The notes under the pieces are model-generated. The model was not told where the DNA came from, made no database searches, and worked only from the letters and a program-made list of their open reading frames with translations. A stretch of 64,000 nucleotides of DNA from an uncultured Nitrospiraceae bacterium (GTDB lineage Bacteria > Nitrospirota > Thermodesulfovibrionia > Thermodesulfovibrionales > UBA6898): the NCBI GenBank assembly GCA_963811165.1, contig CAWEQH010000004.1, positions 672,001-736,000 of the forward strand. Reading direction: 5' to 3'. Below, piece by piece: positions 59,348 to 64,000 of the stretch. The first letter of the stretch is position 1. Each line of letters opens with the position of its first letter. The translations under genes and the position numbers were made by a program.

Positions 59348-59384
59348 TACATAAAAATATATAGATATTTGAATGTATTGTCAA
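59348..59384 (-). promoter_or_regulatory. Sigma70 promoter overlapped by a 30-bp palindrome (putative ArsR operator)
   Basis: TTGACA(59384-79)-17 nt-TATATT(59361-56). TACATAAAAATATAT|AGATATTTGAATGTA has 12 of 15 positions paired. Confidence 0.7.
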
Positions 59385-59533
59385 GAGAGATTTTAACAGG
59401 AGTTCCCCCCAGAAATAGAGTTTTGTCAGGGACAAGTCCCTAATGGATAAAGAGAAACTGAATTGCTGAAGTGGTCGAAGTTGGTTTTTGAAAAATTGGG
59501 GGAACCTTGTGCATAGAAAATGTAATGATAGCC

Positions 59534-59631
59534 GTCATACCGGCGAAAGTCGGTATCCAGTGACGTTGTCCTAAAGCATGCCCCGGACCCCGATCCGGGG
59601 TCGCCGGACGCCGGATCAGGTCCGGCATGAC
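59534..59631. repeat. Palindromic interspersed repeat (GTCAT.CCGGC GAAA GTCGG.ATCCAG...CCGGCATGAC type)
   Basis: Terminal GTCAT.CCGG / CCGG.ATGAC with internal hairpins, RPE/REP-like architecture. Confidence 0.65.
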
Positions 59632-59677
59632 AGTCAAAGGTGAAGGGCTTTTTTCTGAGCGGCTAAAGGAGGCCCGG

Positions 59678-61366
59678 CTATTTCGGGTAACTTCCCACTT
59701 CATATATCTGGACCGCTTGGTCCCGCGAGACGTTTTTAAGCAGGCGCCGCCATGGCTGGTCAAAGGCGCCATATCTCTTTTTTTCATTTTCTCCCCAATA
59801 GAGATGGGTCGCCCCGATACTCTTTGCCAGGGAAGGCCAGTCCGGGTCCTCGCGAAATATCCTTTCAAGTTGATTTTCCCTGGCAGCACTGTCGATACCA
59901 TGGGACCAAAGATGTCCGGGATAACCGACTGCGACCCTCGCGCCCCAGAACATGGCCGGATGGTTCGGGTCGGGCGCGACAGCCAGCACCGAGCCCGCAG
60001 GCAGATCGGTAAGGGCGGCCTTCGCGTCCCATAATTCCGCCGCCCGATAGAGTTCGACCCCGGGGCTGTTGCCGGGGAGGGAAGAGACAACGGCTATCGT
60101 ACCGGGGAAGAAAGCAATTAAGCCCGTTAAGATGGCAGACAAGGGAGGCAGGTTGATTACCCACGTCCTCCAGGCTACCCATGCGATAAGGAGATATAAC
60201 CAAATCAAGACCTTGATATTGTCCCAGTCCCATGGGGCGAGCATAACAAAAGTAAATACGATAAAGAGAAGCAAAGACGTGACCGCTATCCATCGCAGCT
60301 TGGCGTATGACTTTCTAAAGACCAGGAAGAGCCCCACTGCCGCAAAGGCCAGCCAGGGACCAAGGTTTGTAAGCCAGAAACTGAATAGGTTTTCCTCTCC
60401 GGCGGTCCATCCCGGTTGTATGTGCAAGACCTTTGCCCTTGACAGACCCCCTGCAGAAAATACTGCAAAGACAAGACCGACCGCCACCGCAGGCATCAGG
60501 ATTTCAAGGAGAAGCCGCGGTTTTCTGTAAAGAACAATGAAGATGCCGAGTGCAAGCGAAATAATAAAAAAAGTATGCAGATGAAACCACGCAAGCGACG
60601 CCCAAAGCGCCGCGCACACGGCCTTCTGTACGCGATCCATGGTCCGCTCGCCAAGGAGTGTTTCGGTTATCATCTTTATGACGTACACGCCGGCCGGTAT
60701 CGCAAAGAGAAATCCCCTCTGGGTGATCCAGAGGGAGAGGAAAAAACTTTTCCACGCAAGCGCATCCTGAAAGTCGTGGATTACACCCGTCCCGAAGATC
60801 CTCCAGTTGGCCAGCCCTCCGTTTAAGAAAAAGGCCCCGACACCCCACCATCCCATCCATCGGTGAAGCATTGATACCGCAGCGATCGTCGCAGCCAACC
60901 CGGTCAGGAAGAGATGGCTGCCGGCGGGAACACCCAGGATGTCCCATAAGGCATTATAGATATCCATTCCCAGAGGATACCTGATGAGCTCCCCGGCGAA
61001 GCCCGGATTGTCCGGCCAGAAATGCGCGCCGCCGGCGATATAGCGTATGTATTGGATATGCATCGAGAGGTCCCCGAAATTATTCGCATGAAGGGTCCTT
61101 AATCCGTTTTGGGAGTAATAAAGAAGATAGAGAAAGTGCTCCAGTCCTGCAAAAAGAATGAACCCATATAATAAGGCGGGGACTAACTTGATATCCGGAA
61201 ACAGTCCCCTGTCTTCCTTGAACCTAAGCCAGACGGCGATACCGGCGGCAGCTCCCAACGCCAGGCTTACTGCGGCAATCGCGGTGTTGAGCCTCCCTGC
61301 CGCCAAACCCAGGACCATTGCACTAAAGGTGGAAACCGCTATATGTATCAAAAAAGCAAGCGCCAT
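59678..61366 (-). CDS. Polytopic membrane protein, probable GT-C-fold glycosyltransferase
   Basis: More than 10 TMs, periplasmic-loop NFGDLSMH...WPDNP...YPLG.D, PWDWDNIK, GYPGHLWSHG. Confidence 0.65.
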   Translation of the reverse strand: MALAFLIHIAVSTFSAMVLGLAAGRLNTAIAAVSLALGAAAGIAVWLRFKEDRGLFPDIKLVPALLYGFILFAGLEHFLYLLYYSQNGLRTLHANNFGDLSMHIQYIRYIAGGAHFWPDNPGFAGELIRYPLGMDIYNALWDILGVPAGSHLFLTGLAATIAAVSMLHRWMGWWGVGAFFLNGGLANWRIFGTGVIHDFQDALAWKSFFLSLWITQRGFLFAIPAGVYVIKMITETLLGERTMDRVQKAVCAALWASLAWFHLHTFFIISLALGIFIVLYRKPRLLLEILMPAVAVGLVFAVFSAGGLSRAKVLHIQPGWTAGEENLFSFWLTNLGPWLAFAAVGLFLVFRKSYAKLRWIAVTSLLLFIVFTFVMLAPWDWDNIKVLIWLYLLIAWVAWRTWVINLPPLSAILTGLIAFFPGTIAVVSSLPGNSPGVELYRAAELWDAKAALTDLPAGSVLAVAPDPNHPAMFWGARVAVGYPGHLWSHGIDSAARENQLERIFREDPDWPSLAKSIGATHLYWGENEKKRYGAFDQPWRRLLKNVSRDQAVQIYEVGSYPK

Positions 61367-61368
61367 TT

Positions 61369-62892
61369 CTAGGTCCTCTTTTCCTCCGCCGTTACGGACG
61401 GTCCGAACCCCGGCAAGTCCATCCCCTGAAAAACGGTCTTCTTCAGATACACGATGACAGGTGTACGGGCGTCTCTGAGTTCTATTACGCGTCCGAAGTA
61501 AAGACCCTCGGTGTCTTTATCGTCGTGGGTGGCCTCGGCAAAGATCACATCCGCCTTCTCAGTGAAGGCCTTACTGGAATCTCCAAAGCCTGTATTGGGG
61601 AAACGGGAAAACAACCACGGAAGGGGCCAGGAATTGTTCAAGTTTATCTGCACGGTCATGTTTTGAGAATCGGGCGAAGACGCGATCTTCCTCCTTATTA
61701 TCTCCTCGATCTCTTTTAGGTCATTTTTCGTCTGGACATACACGTACGGCTCCGAAGGATCGGTATAATGAATGAAGTTCAATTTTATCGATGTCGCCGC
61801 CGATTGTATGACGATGACGGCGATAGCACACCAGGAAAGCCAATAGACCGTCTTGCCCCGCCGCTGAGTGAAAATGAATTCGATCCAAAGACCGGCCACG
61901 ATGACAAAGGGCCATAAGATGGTTATGATGCACCACGGCGTTTTATAGGGGATAAGGGAATAGACAAGCAAATTGACGGTCGCAAGTGCTGAGAAAAACC
62001 GCATCTTCCATGACTGTCCGAAAAGCCCTATGAATGCCCCAACCAGCCCCAGGGCAGCGGCCCATTCGTAACGTCCAAACAACGTGAGCCAATACGTAAA
62101 AGGCTTGTCATGTCCGGAACCGCCGACGCCGGTTTTAAGCCAGGGCATAAGTGCAGTAAAAAAGTCTGTCGCTCCTTGCCGGTGATGAAAGAATCCCGTG
62201 AATAACGCAAGCCAGATAAAAAAACATACGAAAGAGATCTTTAGAACCAAAGCTCTGTCTACGTCTTTTAAGGACAGAGACGGAGAAGGTCCTGCCTTGA
62301 GGTCCATCCATTTCATGACTCTGGGGGAAAAGCCGGACCATCCCCAGGCAAAAACGAGCGAAAAAAGCAAAATCACAAAGGTCTCTTTGAGCAAAATACA
62401 TCCGAGAAGGCCGGCAAAAGACCAGATAATCCCCTGTTTCCCGCGCTCCTCTTTTGTCCTTAAAAACCCTGTCACAAGGAGGACCTGAAAAAAGACGAAG
62501 GGTGACTCATGGATCGCCGAGCGACCGAAAAAGGAGATGCCGGGACTCAAGGCGAGCGCCGATGCAGCAAAAAAGGATGTGTAACGTCCCAGAAGATCGC
62601 GGTTCCTCAGTACCAGCCATACAGACAAGGTCGAAAAAAGGGCAGTTACCGCCCTGAAGGAGCCGATACCGAAGCCGAAGATCTTTTCTGAAATCTGCAG
62701 AAGGTAAAACAAGAGCGGTCCATGATAGTTATGAGGGTCGTAGATATAGAAACCGGTTGCCCAGATCTGATTGACAAAAAAACCGTTTCCAGCCTCGTCT
62801 GAGTGGGGGGGCTTAAGAGGCAGGTCCGTAAAACAAAGGACAAAAGAGACCAAGATGATCGACCAGCCGATTATTCTGTCTTTATCCTTCAT
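61369..62892 (-). CDS. TIGR03663/Agl23-like GT-C membrane glycosyltransferase
   Basis: P.HSDEA..GFF, Y.YDP.NYHGP, LKET, GHDKPF.Y, IPYKTPW, PYVYVQT, WPLPW. Confidence 0.78.
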   Translation of the reverse strand: MKDKDRIIGWSIILVSFVLCFTDLPLKPPHSDEAGNGFFVNQIWATGFYIYDPHNYHGPLLFYLLQISEKIFGFGIGSFRAVTALFSTLSVWLVLRNRDLLGRYTSFFAASALALSPGISFFGRSAIHESPFVFFQVLLVTGFLRTKEERGKQGIIWSFAGLLGCILLKETFVILLFSLVFAWGWSGFSPRVMKWMDLKAGPSPSLSLKDVDRALVLKISFVCFFIWLALFTGFFHHRQGATDFFTALMPWLKTGVGGSGHDKPFTYWLTLFGRYEWAAALGLVGAFIGLFGQSWKMRFFSALATVNLLVYSLIPYKTPWCIITILWPFVIVAGLWIEFIFTQRRGKTVYWLSWCAIAVIVIQSAATSIKLNFIHYTDPSEPYVYVQTKNDLKEIEEIIRRKIASSPDSQNMTVQINLNNSWPLPWLFSRFPNTGFGDSSKAFTEKADVIFAEATHDDKDTEGLYFGRVIELRDARTPVIVYLKKTVFQGMDLPGFGPSVTAEEKRT

Positions 62893-63009
62893 CCTAAAAA
62901 ATTATAGCAGATTGCCGTCCAAATGGCTCCATAAGCGCTGCGTACCGGTATTGACAAGTGAGGGCAGGATTTCTTACATTATAGCGTCTGTTATTGGAGG
63001 GGTCGATTG

Positions 63010-64000
63010 ATGGGGAAGATCAGTTCAGACAATAATGGGACCTCAGGGATTGCGCCGGGTCTGTTGCGCCTGCCGCTTTCATGCGACGGGGTGAAGCGCC
63101 TCGTTCAAACCCTCTTCCTTAAGGACCGGTTCAGCCGGACCGACGTGATGCCATATGAGCAAGCGCAACGCGGAAGAATTCTTGCCACCATGCTCAGGAT
63201 CATTGTCGTTTCGGGAGTCGCCCTGTTTCTGGTAAATGTATATATACATGCATGGAACATAGCGATCGCCCTCCTTACGATGTCTTTTTTCTGTGTCCCC
63301 GCATTCTGGCTGAATTCCCGGGGCCACTACCTACTCTCCGCTTCGCTGACCTTGACAGTGATAGTATGTGTTGCCGACTACAACCTCTACGCTACCGGTG
63401 GGCTTCAGGATTCGGGCATGCTCGTGTATCCGCTCATCATTATTGTGGGCAGTCTCTTTTTCGGCAAGCGCGCCATACCCATACTGACTATCGCCTCTGT
63501 CGGGTCCCTGGCTGTGCTTGCGTATTTCGAAATAGAAGGGGCGTTTTCACCTGCCCCGGTCGTCACGGACGCGGGCTTTTGTCTTTCTGCGGGGGTGCTT
63601 CTGATGGCCTCAAGCGCGCTGGTTTGGGTAATACTGCATAACACGGAGAGGAATATTGCACATATCAAACGCGCGGAAGAGGAGCTCCTGAGGACCTACC
63701 ACCTTACCCTTGAAGGACTGGCCAAGGTTTTGGAATACCGCGACAGCGAAACCGAAGGGCACAGCCGGAGGGTGGTAGATCTAAGCGTGCGTTTGGCGCG
63801 GGAGATGGACTGTAGCGAAGAAGATATCGGGCATATCCAAAGGGGGGCGCTCATCCATGATATCGGCAAGATGGCGATCCCGGACCATATCCTGTCGAAG
63901 CCCGGTCCGCTCGATGACGTTGAAAAAAAGATAATGGAAAAGCATACAATATACGCCAGGGAGATGCTCGAACCTATCTCATTTCTCGGCCCGGCCTCTA
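63010..64000 (+). CDS. Membrane-bound HD-GYP domain phosphodiesterase, 3' end outside window
   Basis: Frame open from ATG 63010 (GGAGG upstream) to the window end. TM region, then RDSETEGHSRRV and LIHDIGKMAIPDHILSKPGPL. Absent from the ORF track because it has no stop. Confidence 0.88.
   Translation, partial: MGKISSDNNGTSGIAPGLLRLPLSCDGVKRLVQTLFLKDRFSRTDVMPYEQAQRGRILATMLRIIVVSGVALFLVNVYIHAWNIAIALLTMSFFCVPAFWLNSRGHYLLSASLTLTVIVCVADYNLYATGGLQDSGMLVYPLIIIVGSLFFGKRAIPILTIASVGSLAVLAYFEIEGAFSPAPVVTDAGFCLSAGVLLMASSALVWVILHNTERNIAHIKRAEEELLRTYHLTLEGLAKVLEYRDSETEGHSRRVVDLSVRLAREMDCSEEDIGHIQRGALIHDIGKMAIPDHILSKPGPLDDVEKKIMEKHTIYAREMLEPISFLGPAS

Overview
Bacterial chromosomal window. The gene content suggests an anaerobic Nitrospirota or Desulfobacterota-like organism, which is an inference. 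The backbone carries era-recO-dksA, 2-oxoacid dehydrogenase E1a/E1b/E2, mla genes, pssA-leuA, a Lon-like protease and ilvBN. Three things stand out. (1) A translationally coupled operon (4783-13680, minus) encodes homologs of BOTH plant starch-phosphorylating enzymes, glucan-water dikinase (GWD, with a CBM45-like domain) and phosphoglucan-water dikinase (PWD), plus a GH13 amylase. PWD and the GH13 each carry an N-terminal metal-binding TIM barrel. This is a candidate bacterial alpha-glucan phosphorylation system. (2) Three selenoproteins hidden from the ORF track by in-frame TGA codons, each followed by a SECIS-like hairpin: a peroxiredoxin, plus a thioredoxin-fold (TsoC-like) protein and a DsrE protein in an ArsR-associated DsrEFH-SQR sulfur operon. 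(3) Two integrase-less integron cassette loci (about 36.8-40 kb and 48.3-49.7 kb), each headed by a homologous ~57-bp promoter/attI-like element, with three different IS3-family elements nearby. No tRNA, rRNA or CRISPR array was seen.
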